A stretch of DNA of 64,000 nucleotides from Rhizobium sp. Q54 (GTDB lineage Bacteria > Pseudomonadota > Alphaproteobacteria > UBA2966 > CAIVPW01). The translations under genes were made by a program, and so were the position numbers. Every line of letters starts with the position of its first letter. The first letter of the stretch is position 1. This document shows, piece after piece, positions 29,259 through 39,325 of the stretch. The notes below the pieces were generated by a model. It was not told the origin of the DNA. It saw nothing but the letters and a program-made list of their open reading frames with translations, and searched no databases. The stretch spans positions 3,177 to 67,176 of the forward strand of contig CAMDPO010000008.1 in assembly GCA_945904955.1 (NCBI GenBank). Direction: 5' to 3'.

Positions 29259-29591
29259 CTACACCGTGCCGTCGAGGTCGGCGCGCAGGCGCGGCGCGTT
29301 CTCGGCCAGGAACGGCTCGCCGTCCCCGGCGCAAGCGACGATGGCGAGCAGGCGCTGCAGGATGACGTGGTTGAGCGGCACGGCGACGACGCCGACCACC
29401 AGGACCAAGCGCATGCCGAAGACGACCGCCGCGTCGCCGGCGGCACCCAGGCTGTCGAAGACAGCGCCCGCCAAGAACGCGCTGGCGACGAGCAGGATCA
29501 GGATCATCGCGCCGGTGACGGGGTTCACGACGATGAGCGCCCGCAGCACCGTGCGGGTGAGCGACAAGGCAGCGGGGTATTGGGAAGCCAT
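29259..29591 (-). CDS. small membrane protein (DUF2975-like partner of the XRE regulator)
   Basis: 110 aa with three hydrophobic helices, lying immediately upstream of the XRE gene on the same strand. Confidence 0.4.
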   Translation of the reverse strand: MASQYPAALSLTRTVLRALIVVNPVTGAMILILLVASAFLAGAVFDSLGAAGDAAVVFGMRLVLVVGVVAVPLNHVILQRLLAIVACAGDGEPFLAENAPRLRADLDGTV

Positions 29592-29611
29592 GGCGGGGAC
29601 CTCGAATGCGA

Positions 29612-29672
29612 ATTATCGATTATCGATCACTTGCACATCGATTATCGTCAAGCAAAATATCGATAGTCGATA
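29612..29672. repeat. AT-rich block of reiterated TATCGAT/ATCGAT motifs (candidate operator; IS terminal repeat cannot be excluded)
   Basis: ATTATCGATTATCGAT...ATCGATTATCG...ATATCGATAGTCGATA, in a local GC dip within very GC-rich surroundings. It lies just upstream of the membrane-protein gene and the XRE regulator. Confidence 0.35.
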
Positions 29673-29849
29673 AACGTGCTTTGGCGACCGGCCGCGTACC
29701 AGCTTGTTGCGCGGACTCCTAGGGTGCAGCCCGGACTGTACGGAACCGCGACTACGGCTAGGTTGCCGCTCGGGCGCTTCCCCCGCGCCCTAAAGAACGT
29801 CCCCAAAGAAAGCCCTCCGCCTTCCCCCGGCGCGAGGGCTTTCGCCTGT

Positions 29850-30140
29850 CAAGGGTCCGGAGAGCCGCGCGCGCAGAACTTCCGCTCCGTCCTGACGGCG
29901 ATCAGCGCTCGCCACGTCACCACCAGGCCCTATCGACCATGCACTAACGGCAAGGCCGAGCGCTTCATCCAGACAGCGTTGCGCGAGTGGGCCTACGCCA
30001 ACTCCGACGCGACCTCAAACCATCGCCTTGCAGACATGCCAGCCTGGCTGCACTGGTACAATCACCATCGGCCACACGCCGGCATCAACGCATCAACTCC
30101 TGCCAGCAGGCTGAACAACCTGCTTGGCAGCGACAGCTAG
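29850..30140 (+). pseudogene. transposase remnant (C-terminal integrase-core/rve fragment, IS481/IS3-like)
   Basis: ...RPYRPCTNGKAERFIQTALREW...WLHWYNHHRPHAGINASTPASRLN matches the end of DDE integrase-core domains. There is no N-terminal HTH/DDE portion, and upstream of this the frame translates to junk. Confidence 0.55.
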
Positions 30141-30175
30141 CGCGCCTTCGGCGCGGCGAGAGAGGAGGTTTCTCG

Positions 30176-31309
30176 CTAAGCGACGAGGTTCGTTGTCGCG
30201 CGCAGGCGGCGGGCCAGGATGGCAGCGAGGTTGAGGTTGATGCGGGCGAGGACGGCGCTGTCGAGGCCCTTTACGCCGGCGAAGCGCGACGGCTGGATGC
30301 GCAGCATGTCGCCGTTGGAGAGGGCGACGACGTCGGCGGTGCGGCCTTCGCCAAGCAGCATGCTCATCTCGCCGATGAGGTCGCCGGGGCCGAGCGTCGT
30401 GACGATGGTCTTGCGGCCCATGGGGCTGGTCTTCACCACCTGCAGGAAGCCGGTGCGCACCAGGTAGACGTCGCGGCCGCGCGCCGCGGCGTCGATGACC
30501 TGGTCGCCGACGTGGAAGTCGACCTCGGGCACGCCTTCGAGAAAGGCCTCGATGTCCGGGAGCGCGATGCCGCGGAAGAGGTCCATGTTGAGGAGCGAGG
30601 GCGAGGCATCGACCATGTCGTGGGCCGGGAGCGGGCTGGTGTCGATGCCGGCCGGCGCCTCGACGGGGCCCTCGGTGAGCTCGCGGAAGAAGCGCGCCGC
30701 GGCGGGCACGTGGCTCTGGCCGTGCTCGAGCAGGGCCGGCAGCAGACGCGAGCGGATCGAGGCGAGGTGCTCGAGGTCGTGGGCGACCAGGCACATCGGC
30801 ACGCCGATGCCGCCGCGCGGATAGCGGAAGTGCGGGGCATGGCAGCGGAAGCCCAGGCGCTCGTATTGCGAGACGGATTCGGGATCGACGTCGATAAAGA
30901 CGAACCAGGGCGCCGGGTACTTGGCGAGCTCGTCGACGACGGCGCCGATCAGGGCGGCGAACGCGGGCGTGGTCCGGTGGCTGGACAGCACCGCGGCCTT
31001 GCGCACCTGGAAGACGTTCTTCTTCGAGAACGCGTCCGCAACCGGGGTGAGGTTGAGGGTCTGGACGCGTTCGGGATCGACCTCCGCCGCGCCCCACCAG
31101 TCGATGGCGACGGTGCCGACCGGCTCCTTGCCGTCATAGGCGAGCAGGATGGTGGCCTTGGCATCGGCCTTCTCGACGATGCCGCGGGCGGCCGTCATGC
31201 CCGTGATGTCGTAGCCGAGGTCGCCGACCAGGACAGTGTAGCGCAGCTGATAGGCGTCGCGGCGCGCCTCGTCCGTGCGCGCGGCCTCGATCCGGAAGTC
31301 CGCCCCCAT
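30176..31309 (-). CDS. GNAT-fold N-acyltransferase (Acetyltransf_5/OlsB/N-acyl-amino-acid-synthase-like) fused to a C-terminal cyclic-nucleotide-binding domain
   Basis: The N-terminus (AYQLRYTVLVGDLGYD...ILLAYDGKEPVGTVAID...) resembles the FeeM/OlsB/LuxI-like acyltransferase fold. The C-terminal ~120 aa (FRGIALPDIEAFLEGV...GDLIGEMSMLLGEGRTADVVALSNGDMLRI) is a CAP-type cNMP-binding beta-roll. The start ATG at complement 31309 follows a GGGAGAG ribosome-binding site. Confidence 0.65.
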   Translation of the reverse strand: MGADFRIEAARTDEARRDAYQLRYTVLVGDLGYDITGMTAARGIVEKADAKATILLAYDGKEPVGTVAIDWWGAAEVDPERVQTLNLTPVADAFSKKNVFQVRKAAVLSSHRTTPAFAALIGAVVDELAKYPAPWFVFIDVDPESVSQYERLGFRCHAPHFRYPRGGIGVPMCLVAHDLEHLASIRSRLLPALLEHGQSHVPAAARFFRELTEGPVEAPAGIDTSPLPAHDMVDASPSLLNMDLFRGIALPDIEAFLEGVPEVDFHVGDQVIDAAARGRDVYLVRTGFLQVVKTSPMGRKTIVTTLGPGDLIGEMSMLLGEGRTADVVALSNGDMLRIQPSRFAGVKGLDSAVLARINLNLAAILARRLRATTNLVA

Positions 31310-31445
31310 CGACCCACTCTCCCTGGGCCAAACTCTAGCATCTTGGTTTGGCGGCAACAGGGGGGCGAGCGTAGGAAGGGCGCGCGTGCCGCGCGACGCC
31401 CGCGCGCGGTTGTCTTTCGGCCCGTTTGGCCGCATGTAACGCCCC

Positions 31446-32477
31446 ATGAAGTTCCTCGATCAGGCCAAGGTGGCCGTCCGCGCCGGCAAGGGCGGTCCCG
31501 GCGCCATGAGCTTTCGGCGCGAGAAGAATATGGAGTTCGGCGGGCCCCACGGCGGCAACGGGGGGCGCGGCGGCGACGTGTGGGCGGAGGCGTCGGCGGG
31601 GCTCAATACGCTGATCGATTTCCGCTACCAGCAGCACTTCAAGGCGCAGAACGGGGCGCCCGGCGGCGCCTACCTGCGCTCCGGTGCCAACGCCTCGGAC
31701 CTGGTGATGCGGGTGCCGCCCGGCACCGAGATCATCGACGACCTCACCGAAGAGGTGATCGGCGAACTGAACGAGCCGGGCGAGCGCATGCTGCTCGCCA
31801 AGGGCGGCGACGGCGGCATGGGCAACGCCCACTACAAGTCCTCGACCAATCGCGCGCCGCGCAAGACGACGCCGGGCTATCCCGGCGAGGAGCGCGAGCT
31901 GCGCCTGCGCCTGAAGCTGATTGCCGACGCGGGACTGGTCGGGCTGCCCAACGCCGGCAAGTCGACGTTCCTGCGGGCGGTGTCGCGCGCCAAGCCGAAA
32001 GTCGCCGACTATCCGTTCACGACGCTGCATCCGCATCTGGGCGTGGTGCGCGCCGGCGAGCGCGAGTTCGTGCTCGCCGACCTGCCCGGATTGATCGAGG
32101 GCGCCCATGAAGGCGTCGGCCTCGGCGATCGGTTCCTGGGGCACGTCGAGCGCTGCCGCGTGCTGCTGCACCTGGTCGATGCGACCCAGGACGACGTCGC
32201 CCTGGCGTGGCGCACGGTGCGCACGGAACTGAAAGCGTACGGCGCGGGGCTGTCCGAGAAGCCGGAAGTGCTGGCGCTGTCGAAATGCGACGCGCTGTCC
32301 GAGGACGAGGTCAAGAAAAAGCGCATGGCGCTGAAGCGCGCCGCCAAGCACGACGTGCTGCTCCTCTCCGCGGTGAGCGGCACCGGCGTCGAGCAGGCGT
32401 TGCACACCATCTTCGCCATCGTACGGCCCGACCCGAAGGCGGCCGTGGGCAAAGGCGATGAGGCGTGGACGCCGTGA
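31446..32477 (+). CDS. obgE: GTPase ObgE/CgtA
   Basis: N-terminal Obg fold ([27 protein letters not shown]) and G-domain motifs (GLPNAGKST). Confidence 0.9.
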   Translation: MKFLDQAKVAVRAGKGGPGAMSFRREKNMEFGGPHGGNGGRGGDVWAEASAGLNTLIDFRYQQHFKAQNGAPGGAYLRSGANASDLVMRVPPGTEIIDDLTEEVIGELNEPGERMLLAKGGDGGMGNAHYKSSTNRAPRKTTPGYPGEERELRLRLKLIADAGLVGLPNAGKSTFLRAVSRAKPKVADYPFTTLHPHLGVVRAGEREFVLADLPGLIEGAHEGVGLGDRFLGHVERCRVLLHLVDATQDDVALAWRTVRTELKAYGAGLSEKPEVLALSKCDALSEDEVKKKRMALKRAAKHDVLLLSAVSGTGVEQALHTIFAIVRPDPKAAVGKGDEAWTP

Positions 32478-33622
32478 GCGAGTCACTCGCCAAGGCGAAG
32501 CGCATCGTCGTCAAGATCGGCTCGTCGTTGCTGGTCGACGGCGCCAGCGGTGCGTTGCGCACCGCGTGGCTGGGCGCGCTGGCCGCCGACGTAGCGCGCC
32601 TGCAGCAGCGCGGGCAGGACGTGGTGATCGTCTCGTCGGGCGCGATTGCGCTCGGGCGGCGCGCACTGAAACTGGCGGCGGGCGCGCTGAAGCTCGAGGA
32701 GAAGCAGGCGGCGGCGGCGGCGGGGCAAATCCGGCTGGCGCACGCTTATCAAGAGGCGCTGGGAAAATTCGGCATTGGTGCGGCGCAGGTGCTGCTGACC
32801 GGCGACGACACCGAATCGCGGCGGCGCTATCTGAATGCGCGCACCACGTTGACGACGTTGCTGGACCTGAAAGCGGTGCCGGTCATCAACGAGAATGACA
32901 CCGTGGCGACGGAAGAGATCCGCTACGGCGACAACGATCGCCTGGCGGCGCGCGTGGCGCAAATGGTGTCGGCGGACTGCCTGGTGCTGCTGTCCGACAT
33001 CGACGGACTCTACGACGCCAATCCGGCGACCAATCCCAACGCCCGGCCGATTGCGGAAGTGCGCGAGGTGACGGCGGCCATCGAGGCGATGGCGGGCGCG
33101 ACGAGCAGCGTCGACATGGGCACCGGCGGCATGGTGACGAAGATCGCGGCCGCCAAGATCGCCATGGCAGCAGGATGCCGCATGGTGCTCGCCGACGGGC
33201 GCCAGGACGGCGCGCTGGCGGCCATCGAAGCCGGCGCGCGCTGCACGTGGTTCGTGCCGAGCGCCAGCCCGCGCACGGCGCGCAAGAATTGGATCGCCAG
33301 CGGGTTGAAGCCGTCGGGAACATTGGTGCTCGATGCGGGCGCGGTGGGCGCGCTGTCTAAGGGCAAGAGCCTGCTGCCGGCCGGCGTCGTCAGCATCAAG
33401 GGCGACTTCCAGCGCGGCGACGCGGTCATCCTGCAGAGCCCCACCGGGGGCGAGGTGGGGCGCGGGTTGTCGGCCTATTCGGCAACGGACGCGCGCCGCA
33501 TCGTCGGGCACAAAAGCGGTGAAATCGAGGGGTTGCTGGGCTACCGTGGCCGCGACGAGATGGTCCATCGCGACGACCTCGTCTTCACCGAAGAATTGGT
33601 TGCCTCAGGGGTCGACGGATGA
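32465..33622 (+). CDS. proB: glutamate 5-kinase
   Basis: AAK-family motifs ([17 protein letters not shown]) and a C-terminal PUA domain. Confidence 0.9.
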   Translation: MDAVSESLAKAKRIVVKIGSSLLVDGASGALRTAWLGALAADVARLQQRGQDVVIVSSGAIALGRRALKLAAGALKLEEKQAAAAAGQIRLAHAYQEALGKFGIGAAQVLLTGDDTESRRRYLNARTTLTTLLDLKAVPVINENDTVATEEIRYGDNDRLAARVAQMVSADCLVLLSDIDGLYDANPATNPNARPIAEVREVTAAIEAMAGATSSVDMGTGGMVTKIAAAKIAMAAGCRMVLADGRQDGALAAIEAGARCTWFVPSASPRTARKNWIASGLKPSGTLVLDAGAVGALSKGKSLLPAGVVSIKGDFQRGDAVILQSPTGGEVGRGLSAYSATDARRIVGHKSGEIEGLLGYRGRDEMVHRDDLVFTEELVASGVDG

Positions 33623-34902
33623 CGCCCGCACCGGTGCGCAAGGAACCAGAGTCCGATATTCGCGTGCTGATGCGCGACATGGGCATGCGCGCGCGCGCCG
33701 CCGCCGGTCCGCTGGCGCGTGCCACGCCCGAGCAGAAGAGCAAGGCGCTCGCCGTGGCGTCCATGCGCGTGATTGCCGATGCCCCGGCGATCTTGCGCGC
33801 CAACGCCCTCGACCTAGCCGAGGCGAAGGATTTGTCGGACGCGATGTTCGACCGGCTGAAGCTGGATCAGAAGCGCGTCGACGGCATCGCCAAGGGCCTG
33901 CGCGAGGTCGCGGCGCTGCCCGACCCGATCGGCGAGATCATGGCCGAGTGGCCGCGGCCGAACGGCATGCGCATCGCGCGCGTGCGGGTGCCGCTGGGTG
34001 TGGTCGGAGTCATCTACGAGTCGCGGCCGAACGTGACGGCGGATGCGGCGGCGTTGTGCCTCAAGGCCGGCAATCCGGTGATCTTGCGCGGCGGCTCCGA
34101 CAGCATGCATTCAAGCCAAGCGCTGTACGCCTGCCTGCGCGCCGGATTGGAAGCGGCGGGACTGCCCGAGGGCGCCATCCAGCTGGTGCCGACGCGCGAT
34201 CGCGCGGCGGTCGGCGAGATGCTGACCATGGTCGAGTTCATCGACGTGGTGGTGCCGCGCGGCGGGCGCAGCCTCGTCGATCGCGTGCAGCGCGAGAGCC
34301 GCGTGCCGGTGTTCGCGCACCTGGAAGGCATCTGCCATACGTATGTGCATAGCGCCGCGGACCTCGACATGGCGCGCAAGGTGACCCTCAACGCCAAGAT
34401 GCGGCGTACCGGCATCTGCGGCGCCACCGAGACGCTGCTCGTCGATCACGCGGTGGCCAAGACGCACCTGGTGCCGATCCTCGACGACCTCGCCAAGGCG
34501 GGATGCGAGTTGCGCGGCGATGCGGCGACGCAAGCGTTGGACAAGCGCGTCGTGGCGGCCACCGAGCAGGACTGGCGCACCGAGTATCTCGACGCAATTA
34601 TTTCCGTGCGCGTGGTCGACGGCGTCGATCAGGCGATCGAGCACATCAACACCTACGGCTCGCACCACACCGACTGCATCGTCACGGCGGATGCGAAGGC
34701 CGCGGAGCAGTTCATCGGCGAAGTGGACTCGGCCATCGTGCTGCACAACGCCTCGACCCAATTCGCCGACGGCGGCGAGTTCGGGTTCGGCGCCGAGATC
34801 GGCATCTCGACCGGGCGGCTGCACGCGCGCGGTCCGGTCGGCGTCGAGCAGCTCACGACCTATAAGTACGTCGTGCGCGGCACCGGCCAGACGCGGCCCT
34901 AG
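33619..34902 (+). CDS. proA: gamma-glutamyl phosphate reductase
   Basis: Aldehyde-dehydrogenase-superfamily ProA signature, overlapping proB by 4 nt. Confidence 0.9.
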   Translation: MTPAPVRKEPESDIRVLMRDMGMRARAAAGPLARATPEQKSKALAVASMRVIADAPAILRANALDLAEAKDLSDAMFDRLKLDQKRVDGIAKGLREVAALPDPIGEIMAEWPRPNGMRIARVRVPLGVVGVIYESRPNVTADAAALCLKAGNPVILRGGSDSMHSSQALYACLRAGLEAAGLPEGAIQLVPTRDRAAVGEMLTMVEFIDVVVPRGGRSLVDRVQRESRVPVFAHLEGICHTYVHSAADLDMARKVTLNAKMRRTGICGATETLLVDHAVAKTHLVPILDDLAKAGCELRGDAATQALDKRVVAATEQDWRTEYLDAIISVRVVDGVDQAIEHINTYGSHHTDCIVTADAKAAEQFIGEVDSAIVLHNASTQFADGGEFGFGAEIGISTGRLHARGPVGVEQLTTYKYVVRGTGQTRP

Positions 34903-35532
34903 TTGAACGAAGCAGCAGAGGGACCTAGCGGTCCTTTGGCCGGCCTCCCCGCAACGGCACTGGGTCGCGTTGGCCTCCTGGGCGGATCGTTCAATCCGGC
35001 CCACCCCGGGCATTTGCACATCAGCCAGCTGGCGCTCGACATCCTCGGGCTCGACGCGGTGTGGTGGCTGGTGTCGCCGCAGAACCCGCTCAAGTCGACG
35101 GACGGGATGGAGCCCCTCGCCGGCCGCCTGGACGAGGCGCGCGAGCGGGCAGCGCCGGAGCCGCGCATCTTCGTCAGCGACATGGAGCGCACCCTCGGCA
35201 CGCGCTATAGCGTCGATACGCTGTCGGCCCTGGTCGAGCGCTATCCGGCGACGCGCTGGGTCTGGATCATGGGGGCCGACAACCTATCTGAGCTGCATCG
35301 CTGGAAGGACTGGACCCGGCTGTTCGAGCTGGCGCCGGTTGCGGTGTTCGACCGGCCTACCTATTCTTTCAATGCCCTGCAAGGCGTGGCTGCGCGCCAG
35401 ATGGCGCAGCATCGCGTGACGCGCACCAACGCCAATACCCTCGCCGACATGAAGCCGCCGGCGTGGATGTTCCTGTGGAGCGCATTCGACCCGGCGTCGG
35501 CGACGGCGATCCGGGAGAGCAAACAACCCTGA
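34903..35532 (+). CDS. nadD: nicotinate-nucleotide adenylyltransferase
   Basis: GGSFNPAHPGHLHIS (HxGH motif). Confidence 0.8.
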   Translation: MNEAAEGPSGPLAGLPATALGRVGLLGGSFNPAHPGHLHISQLALDILGLDAVWWLVSPQNPLKSTDGMEPLAGRLDEARERAAPEPRIFVSDMERTLGTRYSVDTLSALVERYPATRWVWIMGADNLSELHRWKDWTRLFELAPVAVFDRPTYSFNALQGVAARQMAQHRVTRTNANTLADMKPPAWMFLWSAFDPASATAIRESKQP

Positions 35533-35537
35533 GCCAA

Positions 35538-36206
35538 ATGGAGAGAGCGATCCCCGCACCCAAGAAGACGAAGCCGAAGGCATCCGCTAGGCCGAAGGCA
35601 GAGGCAAAGAAGGCGCCCGCGCGCAAGCCCACCAAGGCATCGGCTGGCAAAGCTGGCGCCCGCAAGACGGGCGCCACCAAGACCAAGCCGTCCGCCCTCA
35701 AGACCAAGAACAAGAAGGCCTTTGCGGCGAAGCCGCGGAAGGCTGCGCAGCTGAAGGCGACGCGCCCGAAGGCGGCACCAAAGAAAGCGACGCCACCGAA
35801 GGCGCCGGCGGTCCGCAAGGCCCCTCCCAAAGCCGCGAAGCCGAAGGCCTCGGCGCCGCTTCTGAAGCTGGCGCTGCAGTCGCTCGACGACGATCAGGCG
35901 GTGGATGTCGCGACCATCGACCTGGAAGGCAAGACCAGCATCGCCGACCACATGATCGTCGCCTCAGGCCGCTCCCAGCGCCAGGTCGGCGCCATGGCCG
36001 TGCATCTGATGCAGCGCCTGAAGGCCGCCGGCTATCGCGGCATCCAGATCGAAGGCATGCCGCAGAACGATTGGGTCCTGGTCGATGCTGGCGATGTCAT
36101 CGTGCATTTGTTCCGGCCGGAAGTGCGCACGTTCTACAACCTCGAGAAGATGTGGTCGGTGGAGTTCAACGAGGCCGCAGCTGAAGCCGAGCAGGCGCTC
36201 GCCTGA
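35538..36206 (+). CDS. rsfS: ribosome silencing factor RsfS (iojap) with a ~110-aa Lys/Ala/Pro-rich N-terminal extension
   Basis: The C-terminal ~110 aa are typical RsfS (DDDQAVDVATIDLEGKTSIADHMIVASGRSQRQV...). The N-terminal half is a PKK/AKK/PAA low-complexity region with high GC3 in the same frame. Confidence 0.7.
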   Translation: MERAIPAPKKTKPKASARPKAEAKKAPARKPTKASAGKAGARKTGATKTKPSALKTKNKKAFAAKPRKAAQLKATRPKAAPKKATPPKAPAVRKAPPKAAKPKASAPLLKLALQSLDDDQAVDVATIDLEGKTSIADHMIVASGRSQRQVGAMAVHLMQRLKAAGYRGIQIEGMPQNDWVLVDAGDVIVHLFRPEVRTFYNLEKMWSVEFNEAAAEAEQALA

Positions 36207-36208
36207 CC

Positions 36209-37792
36209 ATGAGTGAGTCGTTGCGCCGCCGCCCCGTCGTGCTGTGCGTTCTCGATGGCTGGGGCCATCGCGAGGAGGCGCGCGACAACGCCATCGCCAT
36301 CGCCCACGATCAGGGCAAGACGCCGGTCTACGACCGCCTGGTGCGGACCAACCCGACCAGCTTCCTCGCCACGTCGGCGGAGGAAGTCGGGCTGCCCGCG
36401 GGCCAGATGGGCAACTCCGAAGTCGGGCACATGAACCTCGGCGCCGGGCGCACGGTGATGCAGGTGCTGCCGCGCATCGACGTGGAATCGGGGCGCGGCT
36501 ATCCCGAAGTGCTCGGACTGAAGAAGCTCATCGCCGCGCTCAAGGTCTCGCACGGCGCCTGCCATGTGATGGGACTGCTCTCGCCGGGCGGCGTGCATTC
36601 GCACCTGCAGCACTTCGCGCCGATGGTGAAAGCCATCGCGGCGGCGGGCGTGCCGGTGGTGCTGCACCTGTTCCTCGATGGGCGCGACACGCCGCCAAAG
36701 AGCGCGATCGAGTACCTGAGCACGTTCGAGCAGCAACTCGCCGGTGTTGGCGGCGTGCGCACCGCGACGGTCTCGGGCCGGTTCTTCACCATGGACCGCG
36801 ACAAGCGCTGGGATCGCGTGGCGCAGGGCTACGCGGCGCTGGTGAGCGGGCGCGGCGTCATCGCGGCCGACGCGCAGCGCGCCATCGAGAACGCCTATGC
36901 GCGCGGTGAGACCGACGAGTTCGTCGAGCCGACCGTGTTGTCCGGCTACGCCGGCATGAACGACGGCGACGGCGTGCTGATGCTCAACTTCCGCTCCGAC
37001 CGCGTCCGCGAGATACTCAGCGCGTTGGTCGAGCCCGCGTTCACCGGGTTTGCGCGCGAGCGCGTGCCAAAGTTCGCGGCCGTCGCGGGCATGACGGACT
37101 ATTCGGATGCGCTCAGCGAGAAGCTGATCACCCTGTTCCCACAGCAGCGTCTGACCAACTCGCTGGGCGAGCTCATCAGCCGCGCCGGCGGCCGTCAGCT
37201 GCGCATCGCCGAGACCGAGAAGTACGCCCACGTCACGTTCTTCTTCAACGGCGGCGAGGAGACGGTGTTCGTCGGCGAGGACCGCATCATGGTCCCGTCG
37301 CCGAAGGTGCCGACCTACGACCAGAAGCCGGAGATGTCGGCGCAGGAAGTGACGGACCGCCTGGTCGAGGCGATCCAGTCGGGCACCTACGACTTCATCC
37401 TGGTGAACTACGCCAACGCCGACATGGTCGGCCACTCCGGCATCTTGAGCGCGGCGATCCGCGCCGTGGAGACGGTGGATGCCTGTCTCGGGCGCTTGGA
37501 GGCGGCGATCGTGCAGGCGGGCGGCGTGCTGCTGATCACGGCCGACCACGGCAACGTCGAGATGATGCGCGACGACGCCACCGGCCAGCCGCATACGGCG
37601 CACACGACGTGCCCGGTGCCGGCGATCCTGGTCAACGCGCCGGCCGAGGTCAGCAGCATCCGCGACGGACGTCTCGCCGATATTGCACCGACCCTGCTGC
37701 CGTTCCTCGGCCTCACTCAGCCGCGCGACATGGACGGCCGCAACCTGGTGCAGCTCGTCGAAGAAGCGAAGCGCTCCGGCGCGCGGCGCTAG
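36209..37792 (+). CDS. gpmI: 2,3-bisphosphoglycerate-independent phosphoglycerate mutase
   Basis: iPGM motifs throughout, including the GNSEVGH histidine and the metalloenzyme domain. Confidence 0.9.
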   Translation: MSESLRRRPVVLCVLDGWGHREEARDNAIAIAHDQGKTPVYDRLVRTNPTSFLATSAEEVGLPAGQMGNSEVGHMNLGAGRTVMQVLPRIDVESGRGYPEVLGLKKLIAALKVSHGACHVMGLLSPGGVHSHLQHFAPMVKAIAAAGVPVVLHLFLDGRDTPPKSAIEYLSTFEQQLAGVGGVRTATVSGRFFTMDRDKRWDRVAQGYAALVSGRGVIAADAQRAIENAYARGETDEFVEPTVLSGYAGMNDGDGVLMLNFRSDRVREILSALVEPAFTGFARERVPKFAAVAGMTDYSDALSEKLITLFPQQRLTNSLGELISRAGGRQLRIAETEKYAHVTFFFNGGEETVFVGEDRIMVPSPKVPTYDQKPEMSAQEVTDRLVEAIQSGTYDFILVNYANADMVGHSGILSAAIRAVETVDACLGRLEAAIVQAGGVLLITADHGNVEMMRDDATGQPHTAHTTCPVPAILVNAPAEVSSIRDGRLADIAPTLLPFLGLTQPRDMDGRNLVQLVEEAKRSGARR

Positions 37793-37794
37793 AC

Positions 37795-38058
37795 CTAGCG
37801 GCCTTGGCTGCCGGCGGCGGCAAAGGTCATGCAGAAGGAGACGGCGCTGCGGCAGCGGAATGCGCTGTCGGGGTGACCGGACGACCCTGCCGCCCTGGCC
37901 ACGACGTTGGTCACCGGCTGCGCATGCGGAAAGAACCCGTTGATGGCGGCGGCGAGCGCGAAGCCGAGGGCGATACCGACCAACGCTCGCGACACGGCGG
38001 ACACTCCGGGCGAGAGGCGTGACTCCCAACACGTAGGCGCGCCCACGGCCCTGCGCAC
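37795..38058 (-). CDS. possible small glycine-zipper membrane protein
   Basis: High-GC3 ORF with the glycine-zipper-like helix ALVGIALGFALAAAINGFF. The start is uncertain. Confidence 0.25.
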   Translation of the reverse strand: MRRAVGAPTCWESRLSPGVSAVSRALVGIALGFALAAAINGFFPHAQPVTNVVARAAGSSGHPDSAFRCRSAVSFCMTFAAAGSQGR

Positions 38059-38191
38059 ATTGGCAAGCAGGCAATCCCACGAGAGGCCATCCGGCCCGCG
38101 CCGGAGTAGTGCGGGAGGAGTTGGCGTTCGCGTCGCGAGAAACGACTGGCGCCCAGAGTCGGCTCGCGTCAGTCGAACGTGCGCCGCTGTA

Positions 38192-39169
38192 TCATTCGAT
38201 GACCACGTCGGCGACCGCGAGCACGGATGCCGGAATAGCCAGGCCGATCTGGCGCGCCGTGGTCAAGTTGAGGCTGAGAACGGGCGCTGGAGCGAGCACC
38301 GGCAGATCGCGCGGGTGCACACCCTTGACGACTGCAGCAACAAGCTCGGCCGCTTTGCGATAGTTGGCAGTGTTGTCGCCGCCAACACTGGCCAAGCCGC
38401 CCTCCTCCACCATCAACCTGCTGCTCGAGACAACCGGCAAGCGGGAGGCTCTTTGCATCGTCACGATCTGACGGCGCTCGGCGGTGAACAGCGCCAGCGG
38501 AGGCACGACGATGACTTCGACGCCGCTGGCAAGGAGGGCGCCAAATGCACGCGCCAGATCGTCGGCCCCGGCCACGTCCTCGCGGATAAGGCGCAGGTTC
38601 AGAACGGAGGCCGCCGCGGTTGCGACACGCCAGAACTCCTCCCCGACGGCACCAGCGGATTCGGTGAGGTAGCCGACCCGGCTGGCACTCGGAACGAGTT
38701 GCTTCGTCAGTACCAGCTGCTTCTCCACCGAGTTGGGCGCGGTGACCAAGATGCCCGTGACGTTGCCCTTCGGATGACCGAAGTCCGTGCCAACCAACTG
38801 AGTTGCAAGGGGGTCCGCGAACGTTGGCGCGACAATGGGGATCAGCGACGTCGCCTCGGCAGCTACGAGCGCACCGCGGGCCGCCTCCGCGACGATGACC
38901 ACTGGTGCACGACGAACCAACGCGCGAGCCAACGCAGGCAGTTGCTCGTCGACTCCGTACGACCAGGCATGCTCGGCGGTGAACTCGCGCCCGAGGCTCC
39001 ATCCGAGATCGCCCGCGCCGGCCATGAACGCGTCCCAAAGCGGGAGGCTGGCGTCTTGGTCCTGCGTCCACAGGAAGGTGACGAGCGCCCGCACCTGCTG
39101 TGGCTGCGCCAATCCCGGCGCCAACACCGCGGCGGCAGAGGACGCTAGGAACGATCGCCGCAACATCAT
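38192..39169 (-). CDS. orphan ABC-transporter substrate-binding protein (ABC_sub_bind/DUF534-like)
   Basis: Tat-like signal (MMLRRSFLASSAAAVLAPG) on a periplasmic-binding-protein-like body. No permease or ATPase gene is adjacent. Confidence 0.45.
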   Translation of the reverse strand: MMLRRSFLASSAAAVLAPGLAQPQQVRALVTFLWTQDQDASLPLWDAFMAGAGDLGWSLGREFTAEHAWSYGVDEQLPALARALVRRAPVVIVAEAARGALVAAEATSLIPIVAPTFADPLATQLVGTDFGHPKGNVTGILVTAPNSVEKQLVLTKQLVPSASRVGYLTESAGAVGEEFWRVATAAASVLNLRLIREDVAGADDLARAFGALLASGVEVIVVPPLALFTAERRQIVTMQRASRLPVVSSSRLMVEEGGLASVGGDNTANYRKAAELVAAVVKGVHPRDLPVLAPAPVLSLNLTTARQIGLAIPASVLAVADVVIE

Positions 39170-39325
39170 TCGATCACCAAACGAGAGGCCGGAAGGCATT
39201 GCCCCGGCAAGCCCGCGCTTGCCTAGGTCAAGTATACCGGCGGGCCGAGCGACGACCGCGTACGAAAGCTCACGTTGGCAAGGGCCGGGGCTCCGCCTTG
39301 GCCTTGGGCGGACTAAGATGGGCGC

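Noticed and set aside
29676-29850. N-terminal part of ORF 29676..30140 as a functional transposase
   Set aside because: Only the C-terminal ~90 aa match integrase-core sequence. The upstream ~60 aa translate to non-conserved junk. I call it a remnant rather than an intact IS.
37907-39148. 413-aa + strand ORF spanning the substrate-binding-protein gene region
   Set aside because: Its translation is low-complexity Arg/Gly-rich. It overlaps the well-formed minus-strand substrate-binding-protein gene.
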